Shown: positions 46,829 through 56,522, counted from the stretch's first letter. The stretch is 64,000 nucleotides of DNA from an uncultured Acidobacteriota bacterium (GCA_963822445.1 CAWGHO010000003.1:1376001-1440000); one strand, 5' to 3'. Numbers and translations: made by a program. Notes: generated by a model not told the origin, from the sequence alone.

Positions 46829-49800
46829 ATGTCAGGAGAGGCATTGCTGCCACGAGCGCATCGACGATTGCTTTTGGGGTCAGTGCCGCTGATTGCGATC
46901 GCGATCGCCGGTATTTTCGCCGTACGGTTACGGACCGACTCCACCGAAGCGTTCTCGATTACGCGTTTCCTGCCCCCGTCGTTGTTGCGCACCCGTCCAG
47001 TCGAGGCCCGCGTCAGCGGACTACCCTGGGCGCCCTTTGTTCGTAAGGTGCCCGCAGCAGTTCAAAACACCGCCGTCGCCACTCGCGGGGAGTCGTTCGA
47101 TACGGAAGGACAGCGCCAAGGTCTGATCGAGCTGCTCACCGGCGACCCGCGTGACGCGGTCGCAATGCTCGAGACCGCGTCGGCCGCGAACCAGCCGGCC
47201 GTCTGGAGCGATCTCGCCGCCGCGTACTACGAGGCCGCGGTTCGGCATGACGCGCCGGAGCTTCTCGCGAGCGCGCTTGCCGCCGTCGATCGCGCCCTCG
47301 CGTTGGAACCCGATCGCGCCGAAGCGCTCTTCAATCGAGCGCTGATTCTCGATCGCCTCGGCCTTCGCATCGATGGACGCGCCGCGTGGTCCCGCTATCT
47401 GGCGACCGATCCCGAAAGCGGGTGGAGCGACGAGGCGCGGAAGCATCTCGCGGCGCTTCCGCCCGAGCGGCCGTTTCTCGAGGTCCTCGATGCCGAGTAT
47501 GACCGCGTCCTCCGCGATCCCTCTGCCGCGGAAGCGCTGTACGCACGTGATCCATTTGGCGCTCGCGGACAAGGCGTCGTCGAAGTCCTGGGACGCTGGG
47601 GCCATGCGATGGTGCGCGGTGACGAGCGCGAGGCCGCGCGGCATCTCAGCGTGGCCAGAAGACTTGGAGATGTAGTCGCTCGCGGCGGCGATCGGACGCT
47701 GCAAAAGGCCGTCGCCGCCATCGATCGCGCGCCCGACCGTCGCGCCCTTGCCGCTGCACATGCCGACTTTCACAAGGGCATGAAGACGATTCACGACTCG
47801 CTCGAACAGGCTGAGGTTTTGCTCCTGCGGGCGTCGGCCGCGTTCCGCGAGGCGGGGAGTCCGATGACCTTTCCCGCAGCGCACTTCGCCGCGGCGTGTG
47901 CGTACATGGCCGGACGCCGCGACGAAGCGGCCCAGCGGCTTGAAGCGCTGCTGGCCGCAACACCGTCCGACTTTCCGGCCTATCGCGGCTTCATGTTGTG
48001 GCAGCTCGCCAATTACCGGGACACGCGCGGCGAATGGGGTGCGGCGATCGAGCTCTTCGAACAGAGCGCTGCGCTTTTCGAGCGCATCGGCGAGCGTGGC
48101 AATGTCGCGACCATCCGCCAGATCCTCGCCGCGATCTACGACAAGACCGGTGATCCGGAGACTGCCTGGAAGAACCGCATTGCCGCCCTCGGCGGCCCGG
48201 GCATGCGCGCTGGGAAGATCGATGAGCTGAAGGTCTGGTTCATCGTTGAAGCAGCGATCCTTCGCCGCGAATGGCACGTGGCCGTGTCGTTCCTCTCGGT
48301 GTATGTCGAGCTCGCACGTCGGGCCGATAGCGACGTCGTGCTCGCCAACGCATTGCTGATGCGCGCCGTCGTCCACGATCGTCTCGACGACCGGCGACGG
48401 GCCAGCGAAGACGTCGAAGAAGGAAGGCTCATCGCGTCGCGCCTCGCGGACGCGACGTATCGCGACAAGTTGCACGCAGCAGAATGGCGCTCCCTGGGGA
48501 TGCTGCGCTCCACGCCTCCCGCAACGGCGGATGCGATGCTCACCCGAGCGATTGAGTACGAGTCGACGGTCGGCCAGGCGAGTGCAGTTCCGGGACTGCT
48601 GTTGCTGCGCGCGCGGGCGCGCCGTCTCCAGGAGAACATTTCCGCCGCGCTGGAAGATGTCGAGCGCGGCATCCAGCAGTTGGAGCGCTACCGCGAGTCT
48701 CTGCCGGAAGGCGCCGCCAGATGGGGGGCATTCCACGCCGCCGAGGAATTGTTCGAAGAGGCAGTCGATCTGGCGATGGTTGCCGGCGACGGAGAAGCAG
48801 CCTTCCGTTTTTCGGAGAAAGCCCGCGCGCGGTCGCTACTCGACTCGTACGGCGCCACGTCGCATGCGGACATCCGTGCGATTCCGGCGGGAACGGTCAT
48901 CGTCGAGTACGTGACGCTTCCCGCCAGCGTCGTCATCTTCGTGGCCGACAGGAACGGCGTTCACGCCGTGCGAGCGCCTTCGTCGCGTGATGCGCTGGCT
49001 TCTGAGATTCGCGCATTCACTGCTGCCCTTCGGAAGGATCAATCTTCCGAAGCGTCGCGCCGGGCAGCCTTGCTGTATGGCTATCTCCTGGCACCGGTCA
49101 CATCGCGAATCACTGGTGCCGCGACCGTGGTCTTCGTGCCGGACGCCACGCTCTCCACGGTTCCATTCGGCGCTCTCGTGAATGGCGAGGGCGAATATCT
49201 CTTGGAGCGCCACGCCGTCGTCGTTGCACCGAGTGCTGCCACCTTCAACGTCGCGAACGAACGCCGCCGTCAACGGTCCGCTCCGCGTTCGGTACTCGTG
49301 GTCGCTGCGTCCGCACCGACGGCTGATGGGGCAAGCCTCAGGTTCGTCGCCAGGGAAGCGAAAAGGATTGCGGAGAAGTATCGAAGCGCGTTCAGCCTCG
49401 GCGAAGCCTCCTCTCAGTACGACGAGCTGGCGAAATGGGCATCTGCCGCCGACGTCATTCACTTCGGCGGCCATGCCGTCGGTGATCCCCGTGGGTACGA
49501 GCCTGCGTCGATTGTGTTGCGCAACCAGGGCGTCGAGCGGCGCGTCGGCGTCGCGGAGATCGCGAAGTTGCGTCTCGATCGCGCGGCGGTCGTCGTGCTC
49601 GCGGGCTGCAGCACGGCGCGCGGCGAGCATCGCGCTGCCGAAGGCGTGATGAGCGTCGCGCACGGATTCCTTGCGGCGGGGGCGCCATCCGCTGTGGCGA
49701 CGTTGTGGCCGATTTCTGACGAAGCAGCGGCGCGATTTTTCCCGCGCCTGCACGAAAAGCTGGCCGCCGGACTGTCGCCGGCCGAAGCGCTGCGTGAGAC

Positions 49801-49873
49801 GCAACGCGATGCGATCCGCGACGGCAACATACCGCTGTCGCTCTGGGCGGCGGTTCAACTGATTGGGAGTTGA
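46829..49873 (+). CDS. Membrane-anchored TPR-CHAT domain (caspase-like) protease
   Basis: N-terminal TM, 'EARVSG', 'WSDLAAAY', 'EALFNRAL', 'SEKARAR', catalytic 'VIHFGGHA' and 'VVLAGCST', 'ATLWPISD'. Confidence 0.92.
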   Translation: MSGEALLPRAHRRLLLGSVPLIAIAIAGIFAVRLRTDSTEAFSITRFLPPSLLRTRPVEARVSGLPWAPFVRKVPAAVQNTAVATRGESFDTEGQRQGLIELLTGDPRDAVAMLETASAANQPAVWSDLAAAYYEAAVRHDAPELLASALAAVDRALALEPDRAEALFNRALILDRLGLRIDGRAAWSRYLATDPESGWSDEARKHLAALPPERPFLEVLDAEYDRVLRDPSAAEALYARDPFGARGQGVVEVLGRWGHAMVRGDEREAARHLSVARRLGDVVARGGDRTLQKAVAAIDRAPDRRALAAAHADFHKGMKTIHDSLEQAEVLLLRASAAFREAGSPMTFPAAHFAAACAYMAGRRDEAAQRLEALLAATPSDFPAYRGFMLWQLANYRDTRGEWGAAIELFEQSAALFERIGERGNVATIRQILAAIYDKTGDPETAWKNRIAALGGPGMRAGKIDELKVWFIVEAAILRREWHVAVSFLSVYVELARRADSDVVLANALLMRAVVHDRLDDRRRASEDVEEGRLIASRLADATYRDKLHAAEWRSLGMLRSTPPATADAMLTRAIEYESTVGQASAVPGLLLLRARARRLQENISAALEDVERGIQQLERYRESLPEGAARWGAFHAAEELFEEAVDLAMVAGDGEAAFRFSEKARARSLLDSYGATSHADIRAIPAGTVIVEYVTLPASVVIFVADRNGVHAVRAPSSRDALASEIRAFTAALRKDQSSEASRRAALLYGYLLAPVTSRITGAATVVFVPDATLSTVPFGALVNGEGEYLLERHAVVVAPSAATFNVANERRRQRSAPRSVLVVAASAPTADGASLRFVAREAKRIAEKYRSAFSLGEASSQYDELAKWASAADVIHFGGHAVGDPRGYEPASIVLRNQGVERRVGVAEIAKLRLDRAAVVVLAGCSTARGEHRAAEGVMSVAHGFLAAGAPSAVATLWPISDEAAARFFPRLHEKLAAGLSPAEALRETQRDAIRDGNIPLSLWAAVQLIGS

Positions 49874-49887
49874 AAGGAGGTAGGCAA

Positions 49888-50658
49888 GTGAAGGTCTACA
49901 TGACGGGACTCATCTACCTGAACGGCTGTAACGGAGATGTGCGCGCGTACGCGACGCAGGCGGAGGGGCATCACGCGAGCCTGTGGGTCGAGCCGGATGA
50001 TTTGAACGAAAGCCAGACGTCGTGGTGGGAGGGTCTGAGGCGCGACCCGCGTAGCGTTGGCAAAGACCAGATGGTCATCGAGTTCGAGATCCCCGGTCCG
50101 GCCGACATCAAGTTCCCTGGCTCAGGCGAGGTCACGTGCTCCGGTCTCGAGGATGGACTTCCAAAGCTGAAGAAGCAGAAAGCGAAGCAAAAGGCCGACG
50201 ATCCGGACGAACCGGTGCAGGCATTTCAGGTCACTCCCGGAGCGGCACTGACGAATGCGGAGGTGGCCGTCGAGGGAGGGTCGATCACGCCGCGTCGTTT
50301 CAAGGAGGTCACGCTCGTCGAATGGACGATCACTGACCCGGGTCTCGCGATCGTCGTCACATCACGCGACGACCCCGCCGATTCACGGACGATCACGCTG
50401 AATAATGCTGACGCCGAGGTGCTCTTCCTGAACATGCATGAGCTGCCCGAGAAGCATGGCGAGCAAGACACGCGTGCTGGCGATCATGTGCATCACCACC
50501 AGAATCTCAATCCTGACCCGAGCGTGACCGTCTTCGCCGTCGACGCGAAAGCGCCCGGTCGCGTGGGCCAACTCGCAAGCGTCCGTTCAGCAGCTCTCAA
50601 CTTCATCAGAGACGGCGGGTGCTCGTGCGGATCGTCGACTTGCTGTTGCGATAATTAG
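49888..50658 (+). CDS. Hypothetical CHAT-associated protein with His patch and Cys-rich tail
   Basis: GTG after aaggagg; 'HVHHHQN', C-terminus GGCSCGSSTCCCDN. Confidence 0.75.
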   Translation: MKVYMTGLIYLNGCNGDVRAYATQAEGHHASLWVEPDDLNESQTSWWEGLRRDPRSVGKDQMVIEFEIPGPADIKFPGSGEVTCSGLEDGLPKLKKQKAKQKADDPDEPVQAFQVTPGAALTNAEVAVEGGSITPRRFKEVTLVEWTITDPGLAIVVTSRDDPADSRTITLNNADAEVLFLNMHELPEKHGEQDTRAGDHVHHHQNLNPDPSVTVFAVDAKAPGRVGQLASVRSAALNFIRDGGCSCGSSTCCCDN

Positions 50659-50677
50659 CCGCCACGACTGAAAGTCC

Positions 50678-50707
50678 AGGAGTGCGGCGGCAGAGACGCC
50701 GCACTCC
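50678..50707. repeat. 30-bp palindromic unit, right boundary of CHAT island
   Basis: aggagtgcggcggcagagacgccgcactcc. Confidence 0.8.
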
Positions 50708-50709
50708 TG

Positions 50710-51909
50710 TCACCCCGCCCGCAACGCATCCACCGGATCCATCCGCGCCGCGTGTCGCGCGGGAATCACTCCCGCCACCAGCCCCACCGTAACGGCGATG
50801 CTCTCCGCAAGCAGCGCGAACCACCACGGCGTGCTCACCGGGAGCGCGGGAAACACGAGCGTGAGCAGTTGCGCGATCAGCACGCCGAGCGCGAATCCGG
50901 CGGCACCTCCGACGGCCGCCAGTAGCGCGGCTTCGCCGAGAAACATCAGCACGATCTGCTGTTGCGTGGTTCCGATTGCTCGAAGCAGGCCGATCTCCGC
51001 GGTGCGTTCGCTGACGGCGATGGTCATGATCGTGAGGATGCCGACGCCGCCGACGAGCAGGGAGATGCTCCCAAGCGCGCCGACGGCGAAGGTGAGGACG
51101 CCGAGGACCGAGCCGAGGACGTCGATCATCTGCTCCTGGGTGATGATCGTGATGTCGTCGCGGCCGTGACGCGCGGCAATCACGCGGCGGATTCCGGAGG
51201 TCACCTCGTCGACATCCGCCTCGGGGTCATATGACGCGTGAAAGCCCGTGCATCCCTCGCGGTTGAACAACTCCATCGCGCGCGCGGTCGGGATCATCAC
51301 CATGTCGTCGAGATCCATCCCCACGAACTGCCCCTGCGTCTCCATCACCCCGACGATGTGAAAGCGCATGCCGCCGACGTCGAGTTGCTTGCCGAGCGGA
51401 TTGGCCGTGCCGAACAGCTCTTCCTTCGACTTCGAGCCGAGCACCGCCAGGGGTCGCGGAGCGTGCGGATCGTCATTCGGAAGAAACGATCCCGTCTTGA
51501 TCCGCATGCCGGTGATGGTCATCCACGCCGGGGTCATGCCGTAGACGTTGACGCGACGGCGGCGGCCATTTGCGGAGATCTCGGCGTTGCCGTCGGTCGT
51601 CGGATTCGTGGTGATGACGTGGCGCACGCGGCGCACGGCGATGGCGTCGTCGATGGTCAGCGGACGAACCGTGCCGAAGACGCCGATGGACACTCCGGCC
51701 GTGGCCACTTTCCCCGGCGTGACGATGATCAGGTTCGTGCCGAAGTGGCTGAACTCGGACAGCACGAAGTCGTGCAGCCCCTGGCCGATCGACGTCAGCA
51801 GGATGACCGAGGCGATGCCGACGGCGATGCCGAGCGCGGCGAGGATCGTGCGCATTCGATGTGCGCGCAGCGCGCCGAAGGTCAGCCGGATGAAGTCACT
51901 CGGCGCCAC
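50710..51909 (-). CDS. MacB-family ABC permease
   Basis: 'GIAVGIASVI', 'SISLLVGGVGILTIM..ERTAEIGLLRAIG', 'PARHAARMDPVDALR'. Confidence 0.93.
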   Translation of the reverse strand: MAPSDFIRLTFGALRAHRMRTILAALGIAVGIASVILLTSIGQGLHDFVLSEFSHFGTNLIIVTPGKVATAGVSIGVFGTVRPLTIDDAIAVRRVRHVITTNPTTDGNAEISANGRRRRVNVYGMTPAWMTITGMRIKTGSFLPNDDPHAPRPLAVLGSKSKEELFGTANPLGKQLDVGGMRFHIVGVMETQGQFVGMDLDDMVMIPTARAMELFNREGCTGFHASYDPEADVDEVTSGIRRVIAARHGRDDITIITQEQMIDVLGSVLGVLTFAVGALGSISLLVGGVGILTIMTIAVSERTAEIGLLRAIGTTQQQIVLMFLGEAALLAAVGGAAGFALGVLIAQLLTLVFPALPVSTPWWFALLAESIAVTVGLVAGVIPARHAARMDPVDALRAG

Positions 51910-51910
51910 G

Positions 51911-53119
51911 TCATCTCCTGTTCAGCGCGAGCGCGGGGTCGAGTGCGGCCGCCCGCCGTGCCGGAAGGACGCTGAAGGCGACGCCGCTGAGGATGGCGAT
52001 GGTGAACGCCGCGATCACCGCCCAGCCCGGCGCGAATGCGGGGATGGCTGGATAGATCCGGCGGATGAGCAGACTGCCGAGCTGGCCGAGGATCGATCCG
52101 GCGATGCCGCCCACGCCGGCGAGCACGATCGCCTCGGAAACGAAGATTCGCCGGATTTGCGAAGGCGATGCACCGATGGCTTTGAGCAGGCCGATCTCAC
52201 CGGTGCGTTGCGAGACGGCGATCAGCATCACGTTCATGATCAGGATTCCGGCGACGGCCAGGCTGATCGAGGCGATGCCGCCGAGGGCCAGGGTCAGCGC
52301 GAGCAGGATCCGGTCGAACGTCTTCACCACCGCATCCTCGGTGATGATGGTGACGTCCTCCTCGCCGCCGTGCCGCGCGGCAATCGTGCGGCGGACTTCC
52401 TCCTTCACCCGGTTCACCTGCTCGCGCGTGTTGGTTTCGACGCCGAGGCGCAGCAGCGAGGTGAGATTGAAGGTGACCTGTGCCGCCGCGATGGGGATGA
52501 TCGTTACTTCGTCGACGTTGACCCCGAGCATCTCGCCGCGCGGCGCGAGGACGCCGATGACGCGGAAGCGGCGGTCGCCGACGCGCACCCATTGACCGAG
52601 GGCTGCGCGCGAGCCGAACAGCTCGCGGCGGACATTCGTGCCGATCACGCAGACCCAGGTGACTTTTCGAGGGTCCTGCAGCGGAAGAAAGCGGCCCTGG
52701 GCCATGGAGAGGTTCCAGAGCGAGAACAGCGCGTCGGTCGTGCCGATCACCGGCACATCGCGGCGGCGGCCGTTCGCGGTGACCTCGCCGGAAACGAGAT
52801 TGACCGGCGCGACGCGCTGGACGCCGCGGATGCGATAGAGGGCGAGGGCGTCGTCGAGGGTGAGATCGCGCGGCGTGCGGCCGGAGATCATCCCGCCGAC
52901 GCCACCGACCGTCTCGGCGCGGCCGGGGAGAATCATCATGATGTTCGAGCCGAGGGCCTCGAACTGATTGCGGACGTAGCGGCGCGCGCCTTCGCCGAGG
53001 GAGGTGAGGACGACAACCGCGGCGACGCCGATCGAGGTGGCGAGGATCATCAGCAGCGTGCGGAGGCGGTAACCCCAGAGCGCGCGCCAGGCGAAGGTGG
53101 TGAGGTCGCGGGAAGTCAT
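51911..53119 (-). CDS. MacB-family ABC permease
   Basis: 'SISLAVAGILIMNVM..QRTGEIGLLKAIGA', 'PARRAAALDP'. Confidence 0.93.
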   Translation of the reverse strand: MTSRDLTTFAWRALWGYRLRTLLMILATSIGVAAVVVLTSLGEGARRYVRNQFEALGSNIMMILPGRAETVGGVGGMISGRTPRDLTLDDALALYRIRGVQRVAPVNLVSGEVTANGRRRDVPVIGTTDALFSLWNLSMAQGRFLPLQDPRKVTWVCVIGTNVRRELFGSRAALGQWVRVGDRRFRVIGVLAPRGEMLGVNVDEVTIIPIAAAQVTFNLTSLLRLGVETNTREQVNRVKEEVRRTIAARHGGEEDVTIITEDAVVKTFDRILLALTLALGGIASISLAVAGILIMNVMLIAVSQRTGEIGLLKAIGASPSQIRRIFVSEAIVLAGVGGIAGSILGQLGSLLIRRIYPAIPAFAPGWAVIAAFTIAILSGVAFSVLPARRAAALDPALALNRR

Positions 53120-53784
53120 GCGTCGCTCTCCACCCTCCCATCGATCATCTGAATCTGCCTCTTCGCCCGCCCGCCCAGCAGCGGATCGTGCGTGACCATG
53201 ATCAGAGTCATGCCGCGCGTGTGCAGTTCTTCGAGCAGCGCCAGCACTTCCTTGCCGGTGTGCTGATCGAGATTGCCGGTCGGTTCGTCGGCGAGGATTG
53301 CCGCCGGTTTCATGACCATGGCCCGGGCGATGGCCACGCGCTGGCGCTCGCCGCCGGAGAGCTGGTCGGGACGATGGCGCGAGCGGTGGGCGATGCCGAA
53401 TTCCTCGAGCAAGCGCGCGACGCGCGGCGCACGCTCCGCTGGCGGAACGCCGGCGAGGACCAGCGGCAGCTCGACGTTTTCCGCGGCAGAGAGACGCGGG
53501 ACGAGGTGGAAGAACTGAAAGACGAAGCCGATCTTCTCGCGCCTCACGCGCGACTGCTCCTCGTCGCTGAGCGCGGTCACGTCTTCGTCGTCGAGCCGGT
53601 ACACGCCCTCCGTCGGACGATCGAGCAGACCGATGATGTTGAGCATCGTCGACTTGCCCGAGCCGGACGGGCCCATGATCGAGACGTATTCGCCGGCGCC
53701 GATCTCCAGGCTCACGTCGCGCAGGGCGTGCACGTCTTCATCGCCGACGTGAAACATCCGGCGGACGCGATCGAGATGGATCAT
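53116..53784 (-). CDS. ABC transporter ATP-binding protein (MacB/LolD-like)
   Basis: Start MIHLDRV at ATGA overlap; 'GPSGSGKST', '[14 protein letters not shown]', '[10 protein letters not shown]'. Confidence 0.95.
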   Translation of the reverse strand: MIHLDRVRRMFHVGDEDVHALRDVSLEIGAGEYVSIMGPSGSGKSTMLNIIGLLDRPTEGVYRLDDEDVTALSDEEQSRVRREKIGFVFQFFHLVPRLSAAENVELPLVLAGVPPAERAPRVARLLEEFGIAHRSRHRPDQLSGGERQRVAIARAMVMKPAAILADEPTGNLDQHTGKEVLALLEELHTRGMTLIMVTHDPLLGGRAKRQIQMIDGRVESDA

Positions 53785-54938
53785 TTCTTCGGTGCTGCTT
53801 CGGCAATCGCTCGCGCGCCGGCGACCACGCCTTCGCGCTCGACCGACAGCACGACCTTGTCGCCCGGCTCCAGGCCCGAGCGCACTTCGGTGTACTCCCA
53901 GTTCGAAAGGCCGGTCTCGATCTGCCGCTCGACGAGCTTCGCGTCGTCGGCTGTGTAGACGAGCACGCGATTGCCTTCCATCACCGCCTGCGTCGGCACG
54001 CGCACCACGTTCGCGCGTGTCTCGAGAATGATCTCGACATCCGCGCTGTAGCCGACGAGCAGTGCTTTCGCGTCTTCGGGATTGGTGAGCTCGATCTCGA
54101 CGTCGACGGTGCGGGCCTGCTTTTCGAGATCGAGCACGAACGGCGCGACGCGGCGAACGCGGCCCGGAAACTTGCGATCGGGAATGGCCTCGATGGTGAT
54201 GTTGCCGGGCTGCCCGACGCGCACGCGAGCGACGTCGACCTCGTCGATCGGCGCGGTGACGTAGAGACAGGTGTCGTCGATCAGATCGACGGCGGGCGGG
54301 GTAGGGATGCCGGGCGGGGAAGGGGTGGTGAACTCGCCCATCTCGCCGGTGATCTTGGCGACGACGCCCGCGAACGGCGCGCGCAGGACGGTGCGGGTAA
54401 GACTTGCCCGAACGACATCCACCCGCGCGCGGCTCTGCAGCAATTCGGCGCGTGTGGCATCGCACGCCGCGCGAAGCGTTTTCGCAGATGAGACCGCGCG
54501 ATCGAACTGCTCTTCGGGAACGAGACCGTCCGCGTGCAATTTTCGCGAGCGCGCAGCCTCCCGCTCGGCAACGTCGGCGCGCGAGCACGACTCTTCGGTC
54601 CGCAAAGCCGCGCTGCGAACCTGTTCATCGGCGACGCGAGCCTGGGCGACCGTATCGTCGTTCCACAACTCGAGCAGCACCTGCCCCGCGCGCACGCGAT
54701 CGCCTTCCTTGACCGGCAATCCGACGATCTGCCCGCCCGATGGCGGCGCGAGCTTCGCGCGCCGGCAGGCGTTGACCGTTCCCGCGCGGGTATTGGCGAC
54801 GGAACGCTCGACAGATCCGCGGTCGACGGTGGCAATGGCGACGCTCACCGCGTCCGATTGCATGGAGCGCCAGATCAAAAACGACCCGACCGCAGCGATG
54901 ACCGCGACGATCACAATCCGGCGGACCAGACGACTCAC
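53781..54938 (-). CDS. Efflux periplasmic adaptor (MacA/HlyD family)
   Basis: N-terminal TM, 'VKEGDRVRAGQVL', coiled coil, 'LRAPFAGVV', 'IDEVD'. Confidence 0.92.
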   Translation of the reverse strand: MSRLVRRIVIVAVIAAVGSFLIWRSMQSDAVSVAIATVDRGSVERSVANTRAGTVNACRRAKLAPPSGGQIVGLPVKEGDRVRAGQVLLELWNDDTVAQARVADEQVRSAALRTEESCSRADVAEREAARSRKLHADGLVPEEQFDRAVSSAKTLRAACDATRAELLQSRARVDVVRASLTRTVLRAPFAGVVAKITGEMGEFTTPSPPGIPTPPAVDLIDDTCLYVTAPIDEVDVARVRVGQPGNITIEAIPDRKFPGRVRRVAPFVLDLEKQARTVDVEIELTNPEDAKALLVGYSADVEIILETRANVVRVPTQAVMEGNRVLVYTADDAKLVERQIETGLSNWEYTEVRSGLEPGDKVVLSVEREGVVAGARAIAEAAPKK

Positions 54939-54988
54939 CCGGCTAGATTACGCGAACTGCAGCTATTCTTGTGCAGCAGGGGGAAGAG

Positions 54989-56167
54989 ATGATCCGTCCA
55001 ATCATCACGGTCCTGGTTCTCATCGTGTCTTCAGCGGTCCATGCGGCAACGACGCTCGCTCCATGCGGCGCGGAGCAGGCCGTGGCCGGCGTGACCACGC
55101 CGGCGGCAAATCCGCCGCGGGTGTTCTATCTATCCGATTACCTCACCGTTCACGTCTGCCATCTGAACGACTTCTTGGCCGAAGCAGAGCGCCAGCAGCA
55201 GACGGTGACGCTCTATCTCGACGGCGTCGACACGAAGAACTTCCCCGTGGCCGTGAATCGCGAAGAGGGCTCGATCACGTTCGTCGCCGATCGCAACGAC
55301 GCGAACAAGCAGCTCTGGCGGAACTGGCTGTACGACCCGCTGCAGGAGTCACGGCAGGAATTGCGGGTCAGCATCGGCCGCGGCGGCGACAGGCCGCTGC
55401 CGCGAGTGCCGAGCGCGAACACGAAAGTGCACCTCCACAAGATCTACGTGGACTGGTTCACGTGGCTTCTGGCGATCATCGTCGGCGGCATGGTCCTCGG
55501 CGTGCTCCTGGCTGGCAAACACACGGACATGCTTCGCGACGGCCCTTCCCTCGGCCCGATCCGGCAGACGTTCAGCCTGGCCCGCGCGCAGATGGCCTGG
55601 TGGTTCGTGCTCATTCTTCTCGGGTATGTCTTCGTCTGGCTGATCACCGGCGATCGCGACACCATCCCGGCGTCGCTCCTCGGATTGATGGGCATCAGCG
55701 CGGCCACGGCCGTCGCGGCGGTGTCGATCACTTCGGGAACGGCGAATCGCGCGGAGTCGCTGCGTGCGTCGCTGGACGCCGACATCGCGGCGATCGACGC
55801 GTCGCTCGAGCGGATCAATGTCTCGATGTCGACGAATCCCACGCTCGTGCCGGTGCTGGAGAAGAAGCGGGACGAACAGCAGCGCGCGCGCAACGCGCTC
55901 GTCGCGCGGTCGGCGAGCGTCACCGCGATCGTTCCTTCGCGAGGCTGGTGGCGGGACCTGATCAGCGACGACCGCGGCGGCGTGGCCCTCGACCGCGTTC
56001 AGATCCTGGTCTGGACGACGGTCCTCGGCATCATCTTTCTGAGCTCGGTGATTCTCGAGCTGACCATGCCCGAGTTCAGCGGAACGCTTCTGTCGCTGAT
56101 GGGAATCAGCTCCGGCACGTACATCGGATTCAAGATGCCGGCGGCGAAGAACAACGACGGAGCGTAA
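54989..56167 (+). CDS. Hypothetical exported-domain + duplicated TM-hairpin membrane protein
   Basis: Signal peptide; internal repeat 'SLARAQMAWW..LLGLMGISAAT' / 'ALDRVQILVW..LLSLMGISSGT' around a coiled coil. Confidence 0.8.
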   Translation: MIRPIITVLVLIVSSAVHAATTLAPCGAEQAVAGVTTPAANPPRVFYLSDYLTVHVCHLNDFLAEAERQQQTVTLYLDGVDTKNFPVAVNREEGSITFVADRNDANKQLWRNWLYDPLQESRQELRVSIGRGGDRPLPRVPSANTKVHLHKIYVDWFTWLLAIIVGGMVLGVLLAGKHTDMLRDGPSLGPIRQTFSLARAQMAWWFVLILLGYVFVWLITGDRDTIPASLLGLMGISAATAVAAVSITSGTANRAESLRASLDADIAAIDASLERINVSMSTNPTLVPVLEKKRDEQQRARNALVARSASVTAIVPSRGWWRDLISDDRGGVALDRVQILVWTTVLGIIFLSSVILELTMPEFSGTLLSLMGISSGTYIGFKMPAAKNNDGA

Positions 56168-56170
56168 GGA

Positions 56171-56422
56171 TTACCGCAACCTGCCGCCGCCGAAGAAGCG
56201 AATCGATCGGTAATGAAGATCGAAGTATTCGGCGGCGGCGCGGAGCGCGCTGCTGACCACCGATTCCTCCCGCTTCACGATTCCCTCGAGCGGCAGCCGC
56301 ATGTGGGCCGGCAGCTTGAAACGGCACCGGCGGCAGAGTGCGGTGCCATCGGTCTTTTCCAGATTGCATCGCGGACAGCTGCGGCGTTTGGCCAGTCTTT
56401 CGATCTGTTGTCTCGACAACAT
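56171..56422 (-). CDS. Small C4 zinc-finger protein (83 aa)
   Basis: SD ggagg; 'CPRC..LCRRCRFKLP' followed by helices. Confidence 0.7.
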   Translation of the reverse strand: MLSRQQIERLAKRRSCPRCNLEKTDGTALCRRCRFKLPAHMRLPLEGIVKREESVVSSALRAAAEYFDLHYRSIRFFGGGRLR

Positions 56423-56460
56423 CCCATCCTCCCTCTCTCCCGTTGATCGAGCACGTAGCG

Positions 56461-56496
56461 AAAAAAAAGAAAGGCCGGGCGAGCACCCGGCCTTTC
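56461..56496 (-). terminator. Rho-independent terminator upstream of the zinc-finger gene
   Basis: minus strand: gaaaggccggg-tgctcg-cccggcctttc followed by T8. Confidence 0.75.
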
Positions 56497-56522
56497 GATC
56501 TGCACATGTTGTTGTGCACGGC

